64,000 bases of DNA from a bacterium. GTDB lineage: Bacteria; UBA8248. The position numbers and the translations under genes were made by a program. The notes beneath the pieces are model-generated. The model was not told the DNA's origin and ran no database searches. It worked only from the letters and a program-made list of their open reading frames with translations. The stretch covers positions 1,600,001-1,664,000 of the forward strand of contig OZ253442.1 of assembly GCA_965261085.1 (NCBI GenBank). Reading direction: 5' to 3'. Each line of letters begins with the position of its first letter. Position 1 is the stretch's first letter. Positions 39,005 through 48,639 of this stretch are shown here, piece by piece.

Positions 39005-40189
39005 ATGGTTTTAGAAAACGGAACGGGCGCTTCCAAAGAAGAGATCAAGAAGAGGGTATCGGATTCGCGCGACCTCATGCGCGCAGGAGAACTCGATGTT
39101 CTGCTCGTCATCGGACGCTCTTTTTATGACCGCATGGGAAGCCTGACCTACCTCACCAACCACTTTCCGCCGTTTCCGCCGGGAGCGTTCAGCGAGACCG
39201 TTCGCGGCATGGGCCACGGGGTGCTCGTCCTGCCGCTCGAGGAGGAGCCGCTGCTCTTCGTGGACCACCGGAACTATCGCCGCGAAATGGTGCACGTCGA
39301 GAAGGTCCAGGTGGAGGCGAACATCTCCGCGGGCCTGGTCAATCAACTCGAGCGCTTGGGAGCGCAGGGCGCGCGGGTGGGCATCGCCGGAGAGGACATC
39401 ATGCCGGCCACGATGTACATCGACTTGACCACGGCGTTGCCCGATGCGCAGTTCTCGAACGCGAACGCCCTGGTGGAGCAACTCCGCGCTAGGAAGAGTG
39501 AAACCGAGGTCGCCTATCTCAAACGCGCGGCGGAGATCGTCGAGACGGGCTACACCGCTATTTTCGACGCGATTCGCCCCGGCGTGAGCGAGAGCGATTT
39601 GTGCGCAGAGGGCCACGCGGCGGGAATGCGCGCGGGCGCCGACTTCGTGCGCTACGTCCGCGTTCACAGCGGCCCGTGGGCGAGTTGGGGTTCGCGCTGG
39701 CCGCAGGCGACCCAGAGAAAACTGGAGGCGGGCGACCTGATCCGCTTCGACTACGTGGGCGCGGTGGAAGGCTATGGATTCGACGTCAACCGCACCGCCG
39801 TGGTTCCCGGCAAGAAACTCGAGAAGAGCGTGGAGGAGATGCTGGAGTTGACCATCGCGACTTCCGAGGCGGCGATGGGCGCGGTTCAAGCGGGCGCCAG
39901 GGCTTCGGACGTTCACGAGGCGGCGAGCCGGTTCCTGGATGATAACGCGAACGGGGCGGGGCAGTACCTCTTCCCCATGGCGGGGCACGGCATCGGCCTG
40001 GAAACCGTGGAAGCGCCCATCATCAGGCCGGACAACGCGATGGTCCTGGAGCGGAACATGGTGCTCTGCGTGGAGCCGCAGTTCGTGCTGCCTGAAGTGG
40101 GGGGCACGAACATCGAGCAGATGGTGCTCGTGACCGATGATGGATGCGAACTCCTCACGACGACCACCACGCGCCCGTGGGCGGAATGA
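39005..40189 (+). CDS. M24 (Xaa-Pro) family peptidase/hydrolase
   Basis: RARKSETE, D...GFDVNRT, GHGIGLE, CVEP, NIEQMVLVT. Confidence 0.88.
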   Translation: MVLENGTGASKEEIKKRVSDSRDLMRAGELDVLLVIGRSFYDRMGSLTYLTNHFPPFPPGAFSETVRGMGHGVLVLPLEEEPLLFVDHRNYRREMVHVEKVQVEANISAGLVNQLERLGAQGARVGIAGEDIMPATMYIDLTTALPDAQFSNANALVEQLRARKSETEVAYLKRAAEIVETGYTAIFDAIRPGVSESDLCAEGHAAGMRAGADFVRYVRVHSGPWASWGSRWPQATQRKLEAGDLIRFDYVGAVEGYGFDVNRTAVVPGKKLEKSVEEMLELTIATSEAAMGAVQAGARASDVHEAASRFLDDNANGAGQYLFPMAGHGIGLETVEAPIIRPDNAMVLERNMVLCVEPQFVLPEVGGTNIEQMVLVTDDGCELLTTTTTRPWAE

Positions 40190-40344
40190 GGCGAGCGTCC
40201 GCTCATGACAGGCGGATGAAATCGCCCGATAAGTAAGAATCGATACCCATGCGCTCGTGATGCGCTGGTAATTTTGTGTGAGACGCTTTTGGGTGCGTCT
40301 GGCGTTTGTTTGTGAAAACGCCTCACCAAGGGGACGGAATTTCC

Positions 40345-42216
40345 ATGAAGCGGTTCCTGAACCCGGTCGCCATGCTGGCTATCGTCTGGTCGGTCATCCA
40401 GCTCTACTGGGCCTTTTTCGGGATGTTGCACGTCTTTACCTCCAGGCCGCTTCATCTGAGCTTCGCGCTGGGCATCGTCTTTCTCACAAAACCGTTTCGC
40501 AAGGAAGGCCGCGTCGGCGCCGTCGATTACGTCCTGACCGTCATCGCCATGTGTATCGCGCTGCTCTATCTGTTTGAGTGGAATTTCCTGAACGAACGCA
40601 TCCGCGACGTGGATTACGTTCCCGTGCGCTATATCTACTTAGGGTTAGCCTACATCCTCCTGACCGTAGAGGCCTCGCGGCGTTATCTCGGCTGGGGCGT
40701 CACCTCGGTCGCCGTCGTGGCGCTGGCTTATAATTTCCTGGGTCATTTTATTCCTGGCCCCCTGGGGCACCGCTTCATCGAGTTGCCCGAGTTTATCGAG
40801 TTCCAGATCCTGGGCATCGAGGGCCTGCTGGGCGTTCCGCTGGGCGTGAGCGTGGAGGTGGTGTTCTATTTCGTGCTCTTCTCGGCTGCGCTAGAGGTTT
40901 CGGGCGGCGGACGCATGTTCATCGACCTGGCCATCCGGCTCACCGGTTCGTTCCGGGGCGGTCCGGCCAAGGCGGCTATCGTGAGCAGCAGCCTCATGGG
41001 AACCATCAGCGGCAGCGCGACGGCGAACGTCGTGGGAACCGGCATCTTCACCATCCCGCTGATGAAGCGCTTGGGCTTCGCCCCCCATTACGCCGGCGCG
41101 GTGGAAGCGGTGGCCTCAACGGGCGGGCAGCTCATGCCGCCCATCATGGGAGCGGGAGCTTTCATTCTGGCCGACATGACGGGAACCCCCTACCTGCGGG
41201 TGGCGGGCGCTGCGGCCATTCCGGCCGTCATCTACTACGTCTCGCTGTTCTTCATGGTCGATCTCGAGGCGAAAAAGCTGAATCTCAAGGGATTGAGCAA
41301 AGACGAGATGCCCGTACTCAAGAGCATCATCCTGGAGCGCGGTCTTCTGCTCCTGCCGATCATCCTGCTCTTGGGCTACATGGTCGCCGGTTTTACGCTG
41401 ATGTGGTCGGCCACCTCGGCGGCCATCGGCGTGGTGGTGCTCAGCTGGGTGCGCAGGTCGACGCGTATGGGGCCCGAGAAGATAATCGAAGCGCTCGAGA
41501 AGGCCGGGCGCATGACGGTCCCCGTCGCCGTTCCCTGCGCGATCGCGGGCGTCGTGGTCGGCGTGGTGGACGATACGGGCCTCGGACTCAAATTCTCCGG
41601 CCTCATCGTGAACATTTCGGGCGGCATGATTCTGCCCGCGCTGGTGCTGACGCTCATCGGCTGCGTCATCATGGGCATGGGGATGCCCACGGCCGCCGCC
41701 TACATCATGGCGGGCACGCTTCTGGGGCCCGCGCTCGCTAAGCTCGGGCTTCCCGTTCTGGCGGCGCATATGTTCATCTACTATTTCGCCATACTCTCGA
41801 TGCTGACGCCGCCGGTGGCGCTATCGGCCTACGTCGCCTCGGGCGTGGCCAATTCGGACCTGACCGCTACGGGCTGGAAGGCGTTTCAGCTCTCTTTGGC
41901 GGGATTTCTCATTCCCTTCGCGTTCGTATATAATCCTGCCATGCTGTTCATCGGTCCGCTCGGTGAGACGCTCTGGGTATCGATCACCTGCATCATCGGT
42001 GTGGCGGCCCTGGCGGCGGCGATCACCGGGCACATATCGATCCCCCTGGTGGCTTGGGAGCGGGCGGTTTTCTTTATCTGTTGCCTGGGGCTGATCGTTC
42101 CCGAGAAGTTGACGGACGTCATCGGCTTCGTTTTGGTGGTCATTGTTTTCTGGCGCCATCTGGCGCGCGCCAAGAAAAGCGCCCTCGCTGTAGAATCGGC
42201 GGGTCCGGTCTCTTAG
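40345..42216 (+). CDS. TRAP transporter fused 4TM/12TM permease
   Basis: GGPAK, SGSATANV, ASTGGQLMPPIMGAGAF, GMGMPT, TPPVAL. Confidence 0.93.
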   Translation: MKRFLNPVAMLAIVWSVIQLYWAFFGMLHVFTSRPLHLSFALGIVFLTKPFRKEGRVGAVDYVLTVIAMCIALLYLFEWNFLNERIRDVDYVPVRYIYLGLAYILLTVEASRRYLGWGVTSVAVVALAYNFLGHFIPGPLGHRFIELPEFIEFQILGIEGLLGVPLGVSVEVVFYFVLFSAALEVSGGGRMFIDLAIRLTGSFRGGPAKAAIVSSSLMGTISGSATANVVGTGIFTIPLMKRLGFAPHYAGAVEAVASTGGQLMPPIMGAGAFILADMTGTPYLRVAGAAAIPAVIYYVSLFFMVDLEAKKLNLKGLSKDEMPVLKSIILERGLLLLPIILLLGYMVAGFTLMWSATSAAIGVVVLSWVRRSTRMGPEKIIEALEKAGRMTVPVAVPCAIAGVVVGVVDDTGLGLKFSGLIVNISGGMILPALVLTLIGCVIMGMGMPTAAAYIMAGTLLGPALAKLGLPVLAAHMFIYYFAILSMLTPPVALSAYVASGVANSDLTATGWKAFQLSLAGFLIPFAFVYNPAMLFIGPLGETLWVSITCIIGVAALAAAITGHISIPLVAWERAVFFICCLGLIVPEKLTDVIGFVLVVIVFWRHLARAKKSALAVESAGPVS

Positions 42217-42274
42217 CGAAAAACGCATTATAGGCGGAACAATTCGTGTTATTTCCAACAGAGGAGTTTTCGAC

Positions 42275-43252
42275 ATGAAGCGCACATCCTGGAAAATGGG
42301 TTTCGTTCTCGCGGTGGCCATCGGGGTTTTCCTGGCCGTTCAGGCCGAGGCGGCCGGCCGCCTCACGATGGGCAGTTGGAAAAAAGGCAGCGGCTGGCAC
42401 GTATACTCGGCCACCATGGCGAACATCGTGAACAACGCGAAAGTGGGCGTTCAGATAGACGCCCTCTCCAAAGGCGGCGGCGTGGGCAACCCCAAGCTCG
42501 TCGGCACCGGCAAGTTCAACATGGGGCTTACTTTCAGCGTGGCGGCGGCTTGGGCGTATCAGGGCAAGGTGGCCTACGAGAAGCCCTACACGAACCTGCG
42601 GGGGCTGATCGGCGGCCTGGACCAATACTACCTGGGCATCGTCACCACGAACCCCAAGGTGAACGGCATCCTGGACTTGAAGAAAGTGCCCGTGAACTAC
42701 GTGACGGTTCCGCGCGGAGGGCTGGGCCAGTGGGCCACGCGCGCCATGCTCGGAGCGCACGGCATCACCTATGAGGGCATCAAGAAGATGGGCGGGTCGG
42801 CCACGCACACCGGCTTCGGCGCGATCAAGAGCCGAATGAAGGACGGTCAGGCCGACATGCTGAGCCACACCGTGAACGCGGGCCACCCGGCGCTCACTTC
42901 GATCGCGATCCAGAAGAAGCTGAAATTTTTAGGAGTAGCCGATGAGTTCCGCAACAAGCTTCTGGGCATCGGTTTCCTGAAAGCCACCATGCCGGCCAAT
43001 ACGTTCCCGGGGCAGAAGAAGCCCAAGAACACGTTCGGCTTCACCACCGCGGTCCTCGCCTCCACCGCCCTGAGCAACGACGATGCGTACAAGATCGTGA
43101 AGGCGCTGCTCGACAACGTGAAAGACCTGCGGGCGGGGCATAAGGGCCTCAGGGGCTTCGACCCGGCGAAAACCGGCTGCAAGGAATCGCAAATGGGCAT
43201 ACCGTTTCACGCCGGCGCGGCCCGCTACTGCAAGGAGAAGGGCTGGAATTAG
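42275..43252 (+). CDS. TAXI-family TRAP solute-binding protein
   Basis: Signal peptide, GGGVGN, MPANTFPGQ, IPFHAGAARY. Confidence 0.88.
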   Translation: MKRTSWKMGFVLAVAIGVFLAVQAEAAGRLTMGSWKKGSGWHVYSATMANIVNNAKVGVQIDALSKGGGVGNPKLVGTGKFNMGLTFSVAAAWAYQGKVAYEKPYTNLRGLIGGLDQYYLGIVTTNPKVNGILDLKKVPVNYVTVPRGGLGQWATRAMLGAHGITYEGIKKMGGSATHTGFGAIKSRMKDGQADMLSHTVNAGHPALTSIAIQKKLKFLGVADEFRNKLLGIGFLKATMPANTFPGQKKPKNTFGFTTAVLASTALSNDDAYKIVKALLDNVKDLRAGHKGLRGFDPAKTGCKESQMGIPFHAGAARYCKEKGWN

Positions 43253-43414
43253 TTGATGATTCAAGCGGCGGAAAGAGGATTTTCGTCGGGTGAAGTAACA
43301 AGCAAGAAATAGAATCGAAACTGGTTGATGAAGGTTTCACTCCCGCCGTTCGTCTTTGATGGTCGGCGGGAGCCTTCTATTTCAGAATCTGTTTGCTCCA
43401 ACAGGGGGAATGCC

Positions 43415-44206
43415 ATGCCGTACCGCTTCGTCGATCTCACGCTCACCGTCGACCCGGAGGACACCTACGTTCAGTTTCCGCGCGATGAGATTTACGACAA
43501 ACCGGCTCCGGGCACGACCATCACCCCCATTGCGACGCTGGACGTGGACCACATCTGCAACTTCGGCTTCACCACGACCACGCAGAGCTACACGCACTAC
43601 GACGCGCCCTATCACTTTTTTCACGACGGGCTGAAGAACGACGAGCTGCCGCTCGATCACGTATGCGGCGACGCCTGCGTGCTCAAGGTGCCGGGCAAGG
43701 GCAATTCCGAGACCGTAACGGCTGCGGATTTGGAAGCCACGGGGGTGGAAGTGCGCCCCGGCGACATCGCCATCGTGAGCACGGAATGGACCGACCGCAT
43801 GTGGGGATCGCGCGATTTCTGGGAGCACATGGTCTATCTCTCGACCGACGCGGCAGATTGGCTCATCGGGAAGGGAATCAAGGCGCTCGTTCAGGATTTC
43901 ATGACGTGCGACTCGCCGCTTTATCCTCCCGGGGAGCGCAAATGGCCCGCCCCGAACTGGAGTCCCAACCACATCAAGTTCCTGGAGCGCGGCATATGCC
44001 TCATCGAGTGGTGCACGAACATGGGCGCCATCCAGAAAGAGCGCGTCCTGCTCGTGACGGGCGCGGTGAAGCTCAAGGACACCGAAGGCGCGCCCGCGCG
44101 CGTCATCGCCATTGAATTCTGGGATGAGGAACCGCCCCGCGATGGCGCTCCCCCACTGCCGCCCCTCGAGAATCCTTATACGGATCGCGGCTCCTGGGCC
44201 AAATAA
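43415..44206 (+). CDS. Cyclase family (kynurenine formamidase-like) metallohydrolase
   Basis: VDLT, QSYTHYDAPYH, IEW, EGAPARVIA. Confidence 0.85.
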   Translation: MPYRFVDLTLTVDPEDTYVQFPRDEIYDKPAPGTTITPIATLDVDHICNFGFTTTTQSYTHYDAPYHFFHDGLKNDELPLDHVCGDACVLKVPGKGNSETVTAADLEATGVEVRPGDIAIVSTEWTDRMWGSRDFWEHMVYLSTDAADWLIGKGIKALVQDFMTCDSPLYPPGERKWPAPNWSPNHIKFLERGICLIEWCTNMGAIQKERVLLVTGAVKLKDTEGAPARVIAIEFWDEEPPRDGAPPLPPLENPYTDRGSWAK

Positions 44207-44217
44207 AGAGGCGCAAT

Positions 44218-45600
44218 ATGGTCGACCAAAGCCTGCGCGGCTTCCTGGAGATGGTGGAGAAGAACCACCCCGAAGAACTGGTGCGCATCAAGGAGCCCGT
44301 CGGCAGGGAGGACATCACGGCGGCGGTATTCGAATTCGAGCGCGCGGGCAGATACCCCGTCATCATCTTCGAGCGCGTGGAGGGTTTCGAGGGTTCGGTC
44401 GTCACCAACATCGCGGCCAACCGGGATCTCCTGGCGGCGTGTCTCGACGTGGAGCCGGGCGAATTGCCCACGGCGTACAAGGATCGCTGCCAGAATTACC
44501 GGCCCGTGGAGGTGGTGGAGGACGCTCCCTGGCAAGAAATCGTACTGGAAGAAGACGAGGTGGACCTGAACAAACTGCCCATTCCCTTCCATTTTCCCGT
44601 GGATGCGGCCCCCTACATCACGGCGGGGCAAATCGTGGCGCGAGACCCCGAAACAGGCGTGGACACGACGGGCTTTCACCGCTTACAGCTCAAGGGAAGA
44701 AACAGGCTTGGGCTTTCCCTGCACTCGAGACGGCGCATGTACCATTTCCACAAAAAGGCCGAAGACGCGGGCGAGGCCCTGCCCGCGGCGGTCGTCATCG
44801 GGGTTCACCCGGTTCACTACATGGGTTCGATGGCCTATCACTACCCGCCGGGGGTGCGGAAGTACGAGATTATCGGCGCCTTGTTCGGCGAGCCGTATCG
44901 CGTCGCCAGATGCGGCACGGCGGACTTGGAAGCGCCTGAGGGGGCGGAAATCGTTCTGGAAGGGGAGATTCTGGCCGAGGTGCGCGAACCCGAAGGTCCT
45001 TTCGGCGAGTTCACGGGCTATGCGTCCTACCGCAGCACGCAGAACGTATTCGTCGTGAAGCGCGTACAGATGCGGGGCGACGCGATGCTCCACAGCGTGG
45101 CCTCGGGCATGTCGGCGGATCATATACTCATCTCCTGCGTCAGCCGTGAGGCGGAAATCTTGAACACGCTCAGGCGCAACCTGCCGGGGGTATCGGCCGT
45201 GCACGTTCCCTCGAATACGGCGGGCGCGCTGCTGGCGATCGTGCAGATGAAAAAAACGGCCGAGGGCCAGCCGCAACAAGCCATCATGGCGGCGCTCGGC
45301 ACCGAGTTTTATTGCAAATGCGTGGTGGTCGTCGATGAGGACGTGGACATCTTCAATCTCTCGGACGTCGCCTGGGCGGTCATCACGAGAACGCGGGCGG
45401 ATAAGGACATCAACTTCATCCACGGGGCGATGGGCGCCATTCTGGACCCGACCTCTGACCCCGTGGACCACACCCTCACGAAAATGGGCATCGACGCCAC
45501 CAAGCCCGCCGGGCGTGATTTTGCGGAACGACTCTATATACCCGACGCGCAGCGAGAGCGTGTGCGCGGGATCCTCGCAAGCGCGGGCATTCACCTCTAG
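44218..45600 (+). CDS. UbiD family (de)carboxylase
   Basis: DAAPYIT, FHRLQ, EIVLEG, EGPFGEFTGY, VVDEDVD, KMGIDATKP. Confidence 0.93.
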   Translation: MVDQSLRGFLEMVEKNHPEELVRIKEPVGREDITAAVFEFERAGRYPVIIFERVEGFEGSVVTNIAANRDLLAACLDVEPGELPTAYKDRCQNYRPVEVVEDAPWQEIVLEEDEVDLNKLPIPFHFPVDAAPYITAGQIVARDPETGVDTTGFHRLQLKGRNRLGLSLHSRRRMYHFHKKAEDAGEALPAAVVIGVHPVHYMGSMAYHYPPGVRKYEIIGALFGEPYRVARCGTADLEAPEGAEIVLEGEILAEVREPEGPFGEFTGYASYRSTQNVFVVKRVQMRGDAMLHSVASGMSADHILISCVSREAEILNTLRRNLPGVSAVHVPSNTAGALLAIVQMKKTAEGQPQQAIMAALGTEFYCKCVVVVDEDVDIFNLSDVAWAVITRTRADKDINFIHGAMGAILDPTSDPVDHTLTKMGIDATKPAGRDFAERLYIPDAQRERVRGILASAGIHL

Positions 45601-45608
45601 TTTTTCGA

Positions 45609-46571
45609 ATGAGCGAGAGAAAAGTAAAACTCGGCGTGCTTCTTCCCACGCGCGGGGTGTTGCTCTGGAACGAGGGTGCGCCGGAGGTGGGCCCCATCAT
45701 CGACTTGGCCGTGCGCGCGGAGGAACTCGGCTACGATTCGGTGTTCGTGGGTGATTCGGTCCTCGCCAAGCCGAGGCTCGAGGCGCTCAGCGTGCTCTCC
45801 GCCGTCGCCGTGAAGACGAAGCGCGTAAAGCTCGGCACCGCCGTCTTTCTGCCCTGCCTCAGGGACCCCGTTTTTCTCGCCTATCAGGTGGCGACGCTCG
45901 ACGTCATCTCGGGCGGCCGCGTGGTTCTCGGCGTCGGCATCGGCCCGCCGAAGCCCCAGGAATGCGAACACGAGTTCGAGACTCTGGGCGTTCCGTTCCG
46001 AAAGCGCATGTTCTACATGCAGGAACACATGACGCTCATGCGAAGGCTCTGGACGGAGGAGAACGTGACCTTCGAGGGCAGGTATTATCAGGTCGAAAAC
46101 GTGACGCTGGCGCACAAGCCCATCCAGAAAACCGTGCCCATGTGGATCGCCTCAGCCACAGTGGACACCGCATGGCGGCGTGTGGCGAAGTATGGGGATG
46201 GCTGGTTCCCCAACCGCGTGACGCCCGAGGAGTTCCGCGAAACCTGGGGTAAAATCGTCGGGCTCGCCGAGGAGAATAAGCGCGATCCCGGCACGCCCGC
46301 GTGGTACATGACCACCTGCATCGACGATGATAAGGAATCGGCCATGAAAAACGGCGAGGCGTTCCTGCTCGATTATTACTACACCCCCTTTTGGGGTGAT
46401 TCCATCGAGAAATGGGGAACGTACGGCCCCGCCGAAGACCTGATAGAGCGCATTAACGCCTTTATCGAAGCGGGAGCCGAGCACATCTCCTTGCGCTTCA
46501 CGCACCGGGATCAGATGGGCCAACTGGAGCGATTCACCCAAGAGGTGCTGCCGCACCTGAATTTGGAGTAA
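45609..46571 (+). CDS. LLM class oxidoreductase
   Basis: LLPTRG, DSVFVGDS, ATLDVISGGR; paralog of 38036-39004. Confidence 0.9.
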   Translation: MSERKVKLGVLLPTRGVLLWNEGAPEVGPIIDLAVRAEELGYDSVFVGDSVLAKPRLEALSVLSAVAVKTKRVKLGTAVFLPCLRDPVFLAYQVATLDVISGGRVVLGVGIGPPKPQECEHEFETLGVPFRKRMFYMQEHMTLMRRLWTEENVTFEGRYYQVENVTLAHKPIQKTVPMWIASATVDTAWRRVAKYGDGWFPNRVTPEEFRETWGKIVGLAEENKRDPGTPAWYMTTCIDDDKESAMKNGEAFLLDYYYTPFWGDSIEKWGTYGPAEDLIERINAFIEAGAEHISLRFTHRDQMGQLERFTQEVLPHLNLE

Positions 46572-46640
46572 CGTGGTTTCTCTCCGACCCCGCCGTCCAT
46601 CCCCAAAGAAAGAACAGGTGCAGTCAAACTCGAGTGAAGA

Positions 46641-48162
46641 GGGGTTGTTGAAAAACCCCTGACTCTATGCTTGGATGTATGGATATTACGCGCCCGAGAA
46701 GGGAATATCCGCGATGTTGGGACGCAAGAACCGCGCCCAGATGGATTTGTTCATCACCGGTTCGCTGGAGAGGTTGATTCCCGAGGATCACATATTGGCC
46801 CGCGTGAACCGCGTTCTGGACCTGAGTTGGCTGCGCGAGGAAGTGGCGGATTGTTATTGCGCGGACAACGGCCGTCCTGGGATCGACCCCGAAGTGGCGG
46901 TTCGGTTGATGTTGGCGGGCCTTCTGCTGGGGTTCGTGCACGACCGTCGGTTGATGCGCGAGGCGCAGGTGAACATCGCGATCCGGTGGTTCATCGGTTA
47001 CGGGCTGGAGGATCGGCTGCCGGATCATTCGAGCCTGACGCGGATACGGCAGCGCTGGGGGGAGGCCCGGTTCCGGGAGATATTCCGCCGCACGGTCCGT
47101 GCGTGCCTGGATGCGAAGGTGGCCAAGGCCGAAGTCGTGCACGTGGACGCCTCATTGATCCGCGCGGACGTGAGTTGGGAGAGTCTGGTGGAGCGTCACG
47201 TGGACGAGGTGATAGCGGAGAACCCCGTCGAGGAGGAGGCCGGGAAGAAGGGTGGAGGAGGCCGCCGTGGCGGGGGTTCCGGGAAGGTGAGCCGGACGGA
47301 CCCGGACGCGCGGCTGGCGAGAACGGGCGGGGGATTCGAGCCGAGCTACAAGCAGCACGCTGTGGTGGACGACACGCGCGGGGTGGTGCTCGACGTATCG
47401 GTGACGGAGGGTACGGTGAACGAGCGTGAGGTGCTCGAATCGCAGGTGGAAGCGGTATGCGAGGTATCGGGGCGCGCGCCCGCGATGGTGACGGCGGACT
47501 CTGGCTACGCCTACTCGAAGGTCTACGCGGCCCTGGAGCGCCGGGGTGTGGCCGCGCTCATTCCGGCGAAGAGGGAACCCTCGCAGAGCCGTGTTCCGTT
47601 GCGCCTGTTCCGCTACGACGCGCGGCACGACATCGTGAAGTGTCCGCGCGGCAAGATACTGAGCCCCCGTCGGCCCGCAAAGGGGGGGCGTTATTATCGT
47701 TCGAAGACCCGTGATTGCGCGGGCTGCGCGCTTCGCGAGGATTGCCTGCCGAAGGCGTGGTCGAGCAAGGTGGTGTTGGTTCCGCATGCGTATCCGGCGC
47801 TGTTGCGCGCGCGCCGGCGCCATGCGCGATGGAGGGAGGAGGAGCGGCGGATGTACCGGCGTCATATGTGGCGCTCGGAGGGCTACCACGGCGAGGCGAA
47901 GACCTGGCACGGGCTTGCGCGCGCGGTGCGGCGCGGTCTTGAGAACATGAAGATACAGTCCTACCTGACGGCGGCGGCGATCAACCTCAAGCGGCTCTCC
48001 GCCGCACTTGCTGCAAGGTTATTCGCCCTCTGGAGGGCCTGGTCGGCCCGGGAAGAGCCTCTGTGCGTCCATCGCGGCCTCGCAAGCTGCGTGGGCTTCC
48101 TGTCCGCCGCCGCGTGACCCTCCATACCGCCCGCTCCCGAAACCGGGTTATTCAACAACCCC
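46641..48162 (+). mobile_element. IS1182-family insertion sequence, copy 2 (1522 bp)
   Basis: Same length and same translated ORFs as copy 1; TSD GAAGA at 46636-46640 and 48163-48167. Confidence 0.93.
46714..48117 (+). CDS. IS1182-family DDE transposase
   Basis: Protein identical to 19680-21083. Confidence 0.92.
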   Translation: MLGRKNRAQMDLFITGSLERLIPEDHILARVNRVLDLSWLREEVADCYCADNGRPGIDPEVAVRLMLAGLLLGFVHDRRLMREAQVNIAIRWFIGYGLEDRLPDHSSLTRIRQRWGEARFREIFRRTVRACLDAKVAKAEVVHVDASLIRADVSWESLVERHVDEVIAENPVEEEAGKKGGGGRRGGGSGKVSRTDPDARLARTGGGFEPSYKQHAVVDDTRGVVLDVSVTEGTVNEREVLESQVEAVCEVSGRAPAMVTADSGYAYSKVYAALERRGVAALIPAKREPSQSRVPLRLFRYDARHDIVKCPRGKILSPRRPAKGGRYYRSKTRDCAGCALREDCLPKAWSSKVVLVPHAYPALLRARRRHARWREEERRMYRRHMWRSEGYHGEAKTWHGLARAVRRGLENMKIQSYLTAAAINLKRLSAALAARLFALWRAWSAREEPLCVHRGLASCVGFLSAAA

Positions 48163-48200
48163 GAAGAACGAGGGTTTGCCAACCAACGAGGCGGTTATAA

Positions 48201-48491
48201 AACCACTCCCCCCTTGAGGGTCAATCCCGATTGAAGAATGAGGGATTGTCGGTGAGGTAAGGGCGTAAGCCCGCAAGCGAACCGGTGGGGGGTGAATTCC
48301 GACTGAGGAAGGAGGAATTCTTCCGAGCGAAGGGCGAGAAATTAAGGACTGATGTTTTCCTAATCCGCAGTAAACCCTCCTTCATTTGTCGAGGTTGACC
48401 CCCCACCGCATCAGCCTTCGCGCAAAACGCTCGGCTTCTGCGACAATCCTTCCCTCTGCGGTCAGAATTGACCCTCAAGGGGGGAGTGGTT
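48201..48491. repeat. 291-bp palindromic element with perfect 25-bp TIRs
   Basis: AACCACTCCCCCCTTGAGGGTCAAT at 48201-48225 and its exact inverse at 48467-48491; contains four 27-bp target-like motifs. Confidence 0.85.
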
Positions 48492-48639
48492 GTATTTAAG
48501 TACAGAGATAGACATTCGCACCTGTTTGCATCATTCCCGATTTCGCGTTCTAAAACGGCGCATCCGCGCCTGAAAATTTTTACTGCCGGGTTATTTGAAG
48601 ATTCGCCTGTCTTGCGTGGTGAGAATTTAGTCGAAGCGT

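Noticed and set aside
19635-48162. Two inverted IS1182 copies as a composite transposon or as evidence of a past 25-kb inversion
   Set aside because: Each copy has its own matching 5-bp TSD (TTTTC; GAAGA), which indicates independent insertions with no exchange of flanks
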